DNA of 64,000 bases from Paraphysomonas bandaiensis (Eukaryota; Protista; Chrysophyceae), in assembly GCA_965644295.1 (NCBI GenBank), contig CBFFRP010000352.1, forward strand, positions 248,001-312,000. The letters are read 5' to 3'. The notes below the pieces were generated by a model, which searched no databases, was not told where the DNA came from, and worked only from the letters and a program-made list of their open reading frames with translations. Shown one piece after another: positions 41,103 to 51,639 of this stretch (position 1 is its first letter; every line of letters begins with the position of its first letter). The position numbers and the translations under genes are program-made.

Positions 41103-41193
41103 AGGTGTGTTGTGTAGGAATATAGTATCATGTGATGTAAGGAACTATTTATTTATTTATTGTAGCTTCCACAGGGTTTTTACATTTTATATC

Positions 41194-42037
41194 ATGAACG
41201 GCCTTAATCCTTACAATCTCCGTGATGGTGAAGTCTCTTCAGGGGTAATGCTGCTACGTAACAAGTGTGATGTTGTGATTATGTGGCTGTGTATTAGACG
41301 ACTATTATGGCAGTGGAATACAATGGAGGGGTTATATTAGGAGCGGACTCACGTACATCGACGGGGTCATATGTTGCAAACAGAGTGAGCGATAAAATTG
41401 TCCCGATTCATGACTACGTGTGGGCATGTCGTTCAGGGAGTGCTGCTGACACTCAGGCTGTAGTTGATTATGTAAAGTATTACATCGACGCACATAGGTA
41501 CATATGCAACATATCAGTTGTCAGATTAAAATCTCTTGTGCAGTGGGGAGCTTGACCGCCTTCCAAAGGTGCAGACATGTGCCAATATAATGAGGCAGAT
41601 ATGCTACAACTACAAGGATGCTATGATGGCAGGACTTATATGCGGAGGATGGGACCCGTATGAAGGTGGACAGGTGTACGAAATTCCACTAGGTGGTACC
41701 CTGATTAGGCAGAAATTTGCCATTGGGGGTTCGGGTTCCAGTTATATATATGGGCTAGTGGATTCCACCTACAGGGAGGGTATGACCAAAGAAGAGTGCA
41801 AGGAGTTCGTGAAAAAGGGTACGTGATATTTTTTGCGCAGAAGTAATTATTGTGAATATCAATGCCCAGCCATCGCACACGCCATGTCTCGAGATGGATC
41901 CTCAGGCGGCGTAATTAGACTGGTAAGTATCGACCAGTCTGGCGTGGAAAGAGAATGTGTGCTCGGTAAGTGGTTATGAGTTGTGTCACAGCGACTTACG
42001 TCTATACCCAGGAAATCAACTCCCCTTTTTCAATTAG
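41194..42037 (+). CDS. PSMB6: 20S proteasome subunit beta1 (caspase-like; PRE3/PBA1 orthologue)
   Basis: [17 protein letters not shown]|[68 protein letters not shown]; five exons with GT-AG introns; TAG at 42035-42037. Confidence 0.95.
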
Positions 42038-42498
42038 TTGGCATGTTTGTGAGATTGGAGGGTTCTAGTAGTGTAGTTTTTTAGCTGCAACGTTGTTTAT
42101 TTCGATTGGTAATAAAGACTACAACTAACGAATTTCTGAGACAATTCTATAATGCATTTTTTTAGCCTGCCTGATAAAATATAAAATATCGCAACGAATT
42201 TCCGAGCATCACATTATGACTCGTTTTAATCTCCTATAACAGCTAGTACGACCCTTTAGTCCTTATCAACATCAAATGCTAAATTCTCCCGAGTTACACG
42301 TTATACATATGATACGATCTACTGAAACGAACTCATTGCCGCAAAGGGCAAAGGGTGAAAAACAAACACTCAATATCTGATGTGGGTTTGTATATGTGTT
42401 TGTGTTGCTATTCACGGGAGTATCCAAAATTGACATTAAGAATAATTAAGCTTAAGTAACCAAACTAGTGTAATCACTCAATTATTAATTATGTTAGC

Positions 42499-42842
42499 TG
42501 TTAACAATGGACATTTCACTGAAGTTAACTTTGCTCTACACGTAAACCGTAACCTTGCTGTTGAACACAATGCACTTTCAAGTAAGAAATTATAATTATT
42601 ATTCTGAACACTTCACTACATATTCGTGTAACATATGTTGAAACATCTGTTCCCAGCAACACCTGTTTATCATATGTTCATCAGTCAGTTCTATATCTTG
42701 TATAGTCACACATCAGTAACTGAATTTAATTCCTTTGTAACTATAATCACCCGTTACACCTATGAGTTGACTTTACCTATTGCACACTGTTAACTCACTT
42801 CAATTGCACTATATATATCACATCATATTGCAGAACTCAACA
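42499..42842 (-). repeat. 3' LTR (344 bp)
   Basis: Identical by eye to 46318-46661; preceded on the minus strand by the purine-rich tract GAGTGGGAG (42843-42851). Confidence 0.95.
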
Positions 42843-42986
42843 CTCCCACTCAATTGGATGTAGTTAATCATTCTAAAATTTGTGAAGAACATTGCTATCG
42901 GATACGCAACCACCGAACCTCATAGGACACTGGTGGACGTATGACTCCGCTGGTATAGCTAGCTCCCACCATTCAGTAACACCTAA

Positions 42987-43928
42987 CTAGGTACGACGAG
43001 CTCTCTTTACCTTGGGTACCTCTGCGATAATTTGTTCAGTAGTCTTAAATTTTTCCCCAAGATTTCGCTCCCTCTGTTCAATGAATATTGGACCTCTCAA
43101 AGCCTTGGTATATATATCAGCCATCTGTTGTCGACTGCTCACATGAATTAATTTCGCTGTATTAAACTGTTCGGGATCCACATGCTCTCTAATCATATGA
43201 TACTTAATCTCAATATGTTTCGATCGTTGATGTTGCACTGGATTTTCCGATATATCCTGAGCACTTTGACTATCCAGGAATAATGGTGTGGGCTCGTCAA
43301 TTTTCAATCCTACTTCACCAGTCACCCCCCGAGACCATATCATTTCCTGTAATCCATTATATAAGCATTGACACTCTGCTTGCATAGTCGATGTAGCTAC
43401 AGTAGACTGAAGTTTGGAACCCCACGATAGTGGTCCACCAGCTCCAAACATAACATAACCTGAAGTTGATCTCCTCGTCAACGGATCGCCTGCCCAGTCA
43501 GCATCAGTGAACATATGAAGATCAAAATCTCTCCCTCTATAATGAATGCCTTTATCTGTAGTACCTCGTACATACTGCATTAAATACATCAGGAGCTTAC
43601 ATACAGTGATATTAACTTTCGTTGAGAATCGTGACAATACTCCCACTGCATATGAGATATCCGGCCTTGTATTCATAGATAAATAGAGTAACGCTCCTAG
43701 GAGTGGACGATAGGGAAAATTATCAACTAACTTCTGCTCCTCAGCTGAATGCACATGTTCCACTCCCACTTTGACATCACTAGGTAGTGGGTATAGCCGC
43801 GTCTTGTCCCTTGCACCCAGAAAATCCACATACTTCACCAATATCTTTTTGATGAACACTGTCTGGTCAAGTTTGAGACAATTCGGAGTTCTCGTCACTC
43901 TCACGTTCAAAAAACTGGCCACTCTCAT
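42987..43928 (-). pseudogene. Copia pol fragment (RT C-terminus + RNase H), open 313-codon frame
   Basis: Motifs YRPLLGALLYL, TRPDISYAV, DADWAG, KHIEIKYH, ADIYTK. Upstream pol is frameshifted and deleted. Confidence 0.85.
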
Positions 43929-46305
43929 TCATATCTGTAATATCAAACCTTTCACATACTCGTCGCTTAATTTCCAAAATAATATTCGTATCTCGACATG
44001 CTCTCAGCATATTATCATCATGACTGTGGTGAGCTTCGAAGACCATATAAACTTTTCTTCAGTTTAAAGCAATATCCTGGTGGCAATTTGAAATCTGGTG
44101 TTGCATACTTATACACACATCTCCTTTTATATCTGCATATACAAGAATGCATTAGATACGTCGAGTTGATGCACCACCATATTCATAACAAACGCGATAG
44201 CTAATAGCAATCTTACTGTTACCGCTTTTACCACTGGAGTATAATTGTTGGCTCTACCAACCTCATGGCCTCCATATCCAAGTACCACAAGTCTTGCTTT
44301 CTATCGTTGAATCGCACCCTCCTTGTTGCGTTTCAAAGCAAAGACATACTCAGGATTCAAATTGCAGTGACACTGGGGTAGGGATGATGGGCTTAACTTC
44401 CATTACTTCCCTTCGTTCCAGTCTGTCACGCTCAGCCTGTCTTGCTGTCAATGGAGTGACACTGGGGTAGGTATGGGCTTAACTTCCATCACTTCCCTTC
44501 GTTCCAGTTCGTCATATTCAGCCTGGCTGAACTCCATTGCTTCCGTTCCGGCAACTCCAAGAATTCGGAATATGTCTGAGGCACCTTAGGTCCCGCTGAC
44601 GAGCACCAGATGGAATTTGCCTCCTCTAGTAGGCTGCACTCCACTTCGTCACACGAAGGTAATACGTGCTTCTCACCTACTACTGACACATTCGTCACTA
44701 CCCTTGGAGCCCTTGTGCGCCTGCCCCTAGTTGAGCGATCTGATGGAGCTTCCTCTCCCGGAGCACTTACGAAGTCAGAAGGGGATGGAACCGTCCCAGT
44801 CAACTGCTGTAATAAATGTCCGCTGGTCCCGTCGTCACGAGATCCAGAACTAGCAGATACTCTTGTCACAAGGTCTTCACTCATCCGCGATGATGTGAAT
44901 AGGAGTCTTAACTTCCAGTTGCTCCTCACCACCTGACATCAGGGATCTATATCCCACAGTTAGACCTCTTTCCGAATCTATATTCGCGTGGTCTTGTTGT
45001 ACAGTTGGCCGCCATCTTCACATGGGTTTTGTCGATAACACTCCTCCCTGAGGAACCACTGCCACCGTGGCTTAGTCCATTTCTCGGTAGTAATCAGCCG
45101 ATCTCTAGGGCACTGATACATCAAACAGGACATGAACAGACGTGACTATTATATCTCCTATCAACACTTGATACCCCATCTGCTCATCTGGGAAACCCAC
45201 AAAATATCCTGTTTGTGCCTTTTCCTCCCAGACTTTCCGTCTATCGGCCTTCGGGACTAATACATACGCCTTGCACCCCCATTTCCTCAACCAGGATAAC
45301 TCGGGCACCTTTCCTCCCAGGAACACACTCATAAGGCAACATCCACTAACTTTACTTCCCTCCTTGTCATTTTCCTCCATTACATGATGGCATGATGACG
45401 TAATAATAGGCAAATACAAAACGTCATAATATTATATATAGTGCCTCCCATGGCATTCCTCCATGCTCATCATAGTCTCCAGCCAGCACCTCTCTACCAG
45501 TGTTTAACTCTACAATTCTCGGTACTCTAAGTAGTTCCAATCCACACACCAGTGCCCGCAGCATTCCGCCTGAGACAATATTCTTCACCGCATCTTCACA
45601 TACTTTGATGCCTTCTCTTTTGCCAGTGTTGAAAGCTTCCTACTCCTTGAGTCTCCATTGCTGACCCCTTCTACGTCAGAGATATGACTCCTGGCTCTGC
45701 TTCATAATATTTCTCTCTAGCACTCTATGATCTTTAACCATGAATAGCTGCTTTCCGGCACAACTGCCTAGATACACTCGTTGGTCTACTGTTTCAGGCA
45801 TAAGCACTTCACCATTTATCATATTGGACTCCCCTCCAGATGAGACATCATCATCTACATATTAGCACCATTCCGCCGATGAACTCTGTCTCTGTCTCTG
45901 TTCATGTGTATGTTCAGCACTCCCTGCTCGTTAACTATGAACAGCTGCACTGCTCTGCTGCTCTGCTCAGTGTAGAAGGCAGTTTTAGTAGAAAATACAT
46001 TTCAGCCTATCAATCTCTATTTCGACCATATCATTGGTCAATATTTACAAGCTGGTATTCCGCTGTAGTCTTCTCGAGTACTATTCCCAACTCACTCTAA
46101 ACCTATCCACCAGCGTTAGAAGCATATGATTGGACTAAACTTCCTTGTTGGGATCATCATGTGGGAGTCGCCTCCATGTATACGTTGGCACCCTCCAACA
46201 CATCTGCGTCATGTTCACATGCCTCCCAAATCGTTACAACACACGTGTCGTTTCACTTGTCAAACTTCAGCACCTTGCTGTCCTCCATCGCCTCATCAGA
46301 GCTAC

Positions 46306-46317
46306 CACTCGCTACCA
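46306..46317 (-). promoter_or_regulatory. Primer-binding site TGGTAGCGAGTG (possibly tRNA-iMet type)
   Basis: TGG immediately after the CA of the 5' LTR; complementary to a tRNA 3' end ..GCTACCA. tRNA identity is inferred. Confidence 0.7.
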
Positions 46318-46661
46318 TGTTAACAATGGACATTTCACTGAAGTTAACTTTGCTCTACACGTAAACCGTAACCTTGCTGTTGAACACAATGCACTTTCAA
46401 GTAAGAAATTATAATTATTATTCTGAACACTTCACTACATATTCGTGTAACATATGTTGAAACATCTGTTCCCAGCAACACCTGTTTATCATATGTTCAT
46501 CAGTCAGTTCTATATCTTGTATAGTCACACATCAGTAACTGAATTTAATTCCTTTGTAACTATAATCACCCGTTACACCTATGAGTTGACTTTACCTATT
46601 GCACACTGTTAACTCACTTCAATTGCACTATATATATCACATCATATTGCAGAACTCAACA
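46318..46661 (-). repeat. 5' LTR (344 bp)
   Basis: Minus strand TGTTGAG...TTAACA, followed directly by the PBS. Confidence 0.95.
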
Positions 46662-47204
46662 AATTAAAATGGTGATAATCGTTTCCTATGATTTATTTTC
46701 TTTTAATAATTGAGTGATTACACAAGTTTGGTTACTTAAGCTTAATTATTGCTACTCTACTATCAACCAATGTTATCAGATCTTAGATAGGCATGATATT
46801 ATACGGTCAGTGTATATAAGTTTCACTAACATATTTCATACAATTTCATTAATCATGTAGTACTGTCAATGCATTCTGCAAGGGTTGTTATAATTTAAAA
46901 TCTTCAAAATGAAGTTTTGATTGCTTACAAGTAAGTATAAATCATCAGTGTACTATGTAAAGTGTTTGGAGCAACTTCTTTTGGGTTTGTGCTCTACATT
47001 CGGTGCAGAAGTTCACTCCCCTCAACAAAGTCGGACTCGTACCTATTCGTAGTGTTCTGGGGGATAAATACCGGAGATATTTCTCCGGGACACTAACGTC
47101 AGAAGATAATTTTCTGCCTACTCATCAACGAATGTCTGTGTGGTAAAAGAGACACAACTAATTTTCACTTGTGTTGACGTCTTTGGGTCGTGGCGAATAA
47201 ACAG

Positions 47205-47302
47205 GCATCCGGGAATGGGCCTACCTCAAGGGCATCCGGGGTATTGGGCTGCCTACTGAAGTCAAGCATCCGGGAATGGGCCCACCTCAAGGGTATCCGG
47301 GT
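47205..47302. repeat. Two-copy direct repeat, 61-bp period (GCATCCGGGAATGGGCC.ACCTCAAGGG.ATCCGGG)
   Basis: Copies start at 47205 and 47266 with about 2 mismatches over about 36 bp. Confidence 0.8.
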
Positions 47303-47372
47303 TTAAGGACTCAAAACTTCTGAAGTTAGCAGATGTCAGGTATATCAACATTCTGCGTGCTCACTGCGTTTT

Positions 47373-47480
47373 CTTGCGGTGACGCACAGGCAGATTTTTA
47401 CTAACGTTATATAGTAGGATATCAGAGATAAACACTGAATTTTACACGCTTATTGCTAATAATAAGACATTCACTACTAG
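47373..47480 (+). repeat. Dispersed repeat copy related to the LINE 3' region
   Basis: Carries CTTGCGGTGACGCACAGGCAG and TTACACGCTTATTGCTAATAATAAGACATTCACTACTAG, matching the copies at 135-190 and 49393-49534. Confidence 0.65.
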
Positions 47481-47712
47481 TGTTTGGGTTGAGATATATT
47501 ATTCGACCAAGTCAAATTTGTTGAATTACATAGTTACACTAGTTTGGTGAAAATTCCTAGTCAAAGTAATAAATGAATCAGCCGAGTCAATTTCAGCTTT
47601 AAGCCTATTCGTAAATTAGTGGTGGCTTGTTAACCATAACTTAAACTTATGATTGTCAAAGTACTTTCTCTGTATGCTTTTTTTTCTATATATTTAGTAA
47701 TTAATCTATATA

Positions 47713-49063
47713 ATGGATTCCGCCAGCAGCGATTGGAAGAAACTAGACAGAGTGCTCGGAGCCTCCAACTACAGTGTTGTCACAACTGACGCCACGCACA
47801 TACTGGATGAATTCTTCACCACGGGTCAATGGCACTGGCGAAGATACGATACACACCTCCTCACAGACCTCGGTCCCATGCTAGGAGACGTCACAGATCT
47901 CCACCACCAGTGGGACCTCCATCAATACACCCTCCGACGAGATAGCATGTATGCTGCACAAACGCAGCGAGACCCGCAGTATTGAACACGCAGCGGAACA
48001 AGGCTCCCACACAAGCTCCACCCCCTCCGTACCCATAACTCCTCCAAACACTACATCTCCCTCGCAGAGCGTATACGCGAGACGGCATACGTATGGGACA
48101 AATCCTTCGCAATGGGAAGAAACCGAGCAAAAGGAAAATCCGGACATGATCGCACAACGGCTTCCACATGCACAGATTGTACACACCCCACAGACAACAT
48201 GGCGCACATGCTTCTCACCTGCACTCATCCTGACATCATTCATATACGTGAAGATGTCCACCAAGCACACCACAATAAGCTTGACAAACTTCGCACACGC
48301 ACGCTCCCCCATCCCTGGTTTTACACCGCCATAACCAAACTAGCCAAAGCCGCATGGAACCCAACCACCCCCCAGGTTGAGCGCTACTGGACCGGCCACA
48401 TTACTGCCACACAATTGGCCGACGCATTCGGACGCCACATATCCAGATCACTGCTCGAACATCAGTTCCACGCCCTCGAAAAATCCATCGCCTCTATCCT
48501 ACTCTCCCCCTATATGATGGAGGGCTCCGCATGCTTCGCAATAGTGGATTCAGACACCACAACACAGACACGGCACCGGCGACACCGGTCACGACACATT
48601 CACAGCAACGCCAGTCCCAGGATACTCATCACCCGACACCAAAAATACTCCAACTACTCCAGGCGACATCCACCCCAAGAACTACATTCTCTGCAAGAGT
48701 CCAGACCCGACAGAGGCAAGCGCAACCACTCCGGAAACAACTTCCTTACTTGTGGCCGAAACCCCACCTCAACAACCAGCACCATCTCCACCACCGACTT
48801 ACACTCTCATATACATCTCGCCTCATCCACCCCTCACATAATCCATGGCACAGGCCCGCCAGACACATTGCCCAAAGGTAGACCCCCCGACTAACCTCAA
48901 TACAAGGGACGGTTGCACCATGGTGCTCGCAGCGATGCACAAGCAGTCCCGAGACGGTTGCCCGCCACTAGAAGTATTTAGCAAATCTAGTTATTACTGT
49001 AGTTAGTCTATAGATATAAACTAGTTTCTGTACACAACCGTTCGCATGTAATAATCAGACTTT
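47713..49063 (+). mobile_element. 5'-truncated non-LTR retrotransposon (LINE) remnant: ORF2 C-terminus with zinc knuckle, plus 3' UTR
   Basis: ORFs 47713-47985 and 48112-48894 share a frame and are separated by one TGA (47983-47985). CTDC-x7-H-x4-C resembles the zf-RVT knuckle. Intronless, with a strong C/A strand bias unlike host genes. No RT domain is present, so the call is indirect. Confidence 0.6.
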
Positions 49064-49392
49064 CCTATATATAATGGATAATTCAAACTTACTATATATA
49101 TTACTACCACTACTCTTATAAACTAAATAGAATATATAATTATAATAGTAAGAATCCTGTTGCTAAGTTAAATTATCCATGTAATCTGTTAAATAGCAAG
49201 ACACCCCCGTCTCCTTTCTTTTTAACCATTCAAACACCAAACTTAATTTAAATATACAACTGTGTATACCTATCACAAGGTATGTACATATATATATATA
49301 GCTTATGAGTAAATAACGATGGATCCCTTAAGTAAGTACTCTAATGAAGTGGGGTTGGTAAATGAAGCTGTAGACAGAAATTCACGAATCTG

Positions 49393-49534
49393 CAGTAGTA
49401 TAATGTCTGATTATTAGCAATAGGCGTGTAAGAGTCAGAACTAATTTAGCAAAACAATTTAATTAACTAATGCTTTACCCTATTTTACGCTACGAAAGCT
49501 GCTTCTCCGTCACCGCAAGCACCAAGGTGCAACC
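49393..49534 (-). repeat. Inverted dispersed repeat copy related to the LINE 3' region
   Basis: Reverse complement GGTTGCACCTTGGTGCTTGCGGTGACGGAGAAGCAG matches 48911-48946 (29/36); also carries the TTACACGCC..GCTAATAAT.AGACATT core. Confidence 0.7.
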
Positions 49535-50098
49535 ACTTTCGCTCTGCGAATCTGCAGGATATAAGTATGTAATAGTATTTATCTTCTCAAGACTTTGATA
49601 TCTGCATCAATGCCCCTATTTTTAGACCATTGAAGCAAACCATTCTTTTCCAATGGCACAAAGTCGATATATTCATATTTCCGTAAAGGTGACTCCCAAC
49701 TGCAACTGAGAATAACACAATCAGTCGCGTACTTGTAGTTTATTAACTGTGTCGAAAGAAGGTATTTGGATTATAAAATGCTTTTTTTTTTGGAGGTGTA
49801 TATATCAGAGTTAAGCATTGTGTGCAACAATTCCAATTATAAGTAGTACAAGAGTAACTTCACTGAGACGTCCAAATTTAACATAATCTAATTATTCAGT
49901 CCATTATAAGTTTCTAGCTTATCAGCTGAAGGGAGTTTCTTGCAGATGCAAAGTATCAAATTACGATGCTATGCTACAACAGAGTAGATGGAGTATTCAG
50001 TATTCAGCCACACATTAAGTATTATTCTTAATAGAACAATAACAGACACAGCAGAAATAGTTTCTCGGTAACAAGATAACACACTAAATAACATTAAC

Positions 50099-50892
50099 TT
50101 AATCCGCAACTTCATGATTTTTCTCGGAAAAGGTTCTGGACGGGTAGTTGGTGAACAGGTTGTATTGGTATACGAGATGCGGAATACTCGGGAGGAAGTT
50201 CTACACATCAATTACTAAGGCAAAAAAAAACACACAACATACCGTAGGGGTAAGTCCGAGGAGTCCTTTCAAAAACTCAGCATTCTCAAAAACAGTCGTA
50301 CCAATTACTTTCCCTCGCGGGGAGCCTGCAATACGTTAACTCTGACATAGGTCCAACATGTGCTTTACCGTCATCCAATCTTCCCTCCTTAAGAAGAAGC
50401 TCGGCTGTAATCCCATACTTTGTCCACACCTGCATACTACCGATTCAGCCAAGAAAATGTATTATATGTCTTCTGTGACCTCGTGGGTGATAAATGGTGG
50501 GTCAATGACGACAACATCGAAGGTGTGAAGCAGCTCAGGAGGAACGCTTTCTGGGTTGTTAAAGTTGTAAAAGACAAACCCATTATCGTTGCTCCATTTC
50601 TTGTCATACTACATCAGAAATTAGACAAAGTAATTTCACACTACAAAAGCACATACATCAAATACTTTAGACGACTTTCTCAGTTCATCGGAAACACTGA
50701 AGTATAAGGAAGGAGTGGATAGAAAGGCTATTGACCCTCCTAACGCCTCTAATTCCTCTACAAACTATTATTATACTGCTATATGGATACATTGCAACGT
50801 CAGATACCTACGATTTTACTGATGGTATGAGGCGAATACCAGTACTGATTGTAGTCTCCATCTTCAGGATTTTGGTCAATAAACGTGCTCAT
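50099..50892 (-). CDS. EEF1AKMT1: eEF1A lysine N-methyltransferase 1 (N6AMT2/EFM5 family), six short exons, not in the ORF track
   Basis: Spliced: MSTFIDQNPEDGDYNQYWYSPHTISKIV|EELEALGGSIAFLSTPSLYF..VFD|YDKKW..FVFYNFNNP..FDVVVIDPPFITHE|VWTKYGITAELLL..|..VIGTTV..|NFLPSIPHLVYQYNLFTNY..AD*. Family motifs QYWYS, STPSLY, DPPF and FTNY are present. Confidence 0.9.
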
Positions 50893-51639
50893 CTCTTCAA
50901 TCAACGCAAAAGGATATAGGATATCTCAATGCGTCGTCAATAATGAGACGAGTAAATATTGACTATGATAGCAAACGTATTAGTTTGGTAGCTTAATATG
51001 AAGTAACAAGTCCAAGTCAGGACGAGCATATCGGAGCTATCTGTCACATGTGTGTATACTGATGTGTGTGTATGTACAGTACTGTCCACTTATATCATAC
51101 GCATTCAACTAACAGTTTTGAGTGACGAAATTCTAGATTTCAAAAAAACGTATAACAGCTTGACAAGTCGTAGTCACTAACATCCGGTAACGGGCAGCAG
51201 ACCGTATACGGAACACAGCACTTATGTATATTTAAATTTCGTAGTGGGAAATATCAAATAAAAAATAGATCCACCAGATACCATTCTGCTGAGTATGTAT
51301 GTATGTGTGCATATGTATGTATGGGAATACACGCACTGCTGTACAGTGTATGTGAGATGAATGTCGAGTGCATATATAACATGCTGATACAACACCATCT
51401 CATATGTCCACAATAGAATCCAGCTAACTACACCACACCACCATTACAGTGATCCCATACCCTATCCCCAGTGATCACAGTGTCCCGTGGCTTGTGCAGC
51501 AGTTAACTATACAGTGTTTTAGTGTATAACAGCAGACATATATATACACATATACACACACACTGTACGCACATCATATCCGAGAAGTTATATACGATCA
51601 ATCAGTAGAGTGAACTGAATTGAATTGAATACGATCACA

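Larger units (their letters stand above)
42492..46661 (-). mobile_element. Ty1/copia LTR retrotransposon, internally deleted (non-autonomous)
   Basis: 344-bp LTRs with TG..CA ends, TSD AATTA (42487-42491 and 46662-46666), PBS and PPT. Remnants run in copia order: post-integrase segment (LRKWGCKAYVL..GYFVG), RT start (KARLVVLGYG-like), then RT C-terminus and RNase H (TRPDISYAVG, TDADWAG..RRSTSG, LDSQSA, RSKHIEIKYH, QMADIYTK). Confidence 0.95.
42441..46750. mobile_element. MITE-like/fold-back element with 48-bp inverted arms (42441-42488 and 46703-46750), split by the copia insertion
   Basis: AATAATTAAGCTTAAGTAACCAAACTAGTGTAATCACTCAATTATTAA is the reverse complement of 46703-46750 with one mismatch. 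Without the retroelement the unit is about 135 bp. Confidence 0.65.

Noticed and set aside
40283-41340. Long ORFs encoding (MYVC)n or (YIHT)n
   Set aside because: Artefacts of the stop-free (TATG)n microsatellite, open in several frames on both strands.
47205-47302. Repeat-spacer-repeat pattern resembling a CRISPR array
   Set aside because: Only two copies, eukaryotic context and no cas genes.
47470-47481. CTAG-T end of the dispersed repeat as a Helitron 3' terminus
   Set aside because: No GC-rich subterminal hairpin, and the other copies do not end in CTAG-T.
47983-47985. In-frame TGA as selenocysteine or readthrough
   Set aside because: It lies in a truncated retroelement remnant; a TGG-to-TGA nonsense change is simpler and I see no SECIS.
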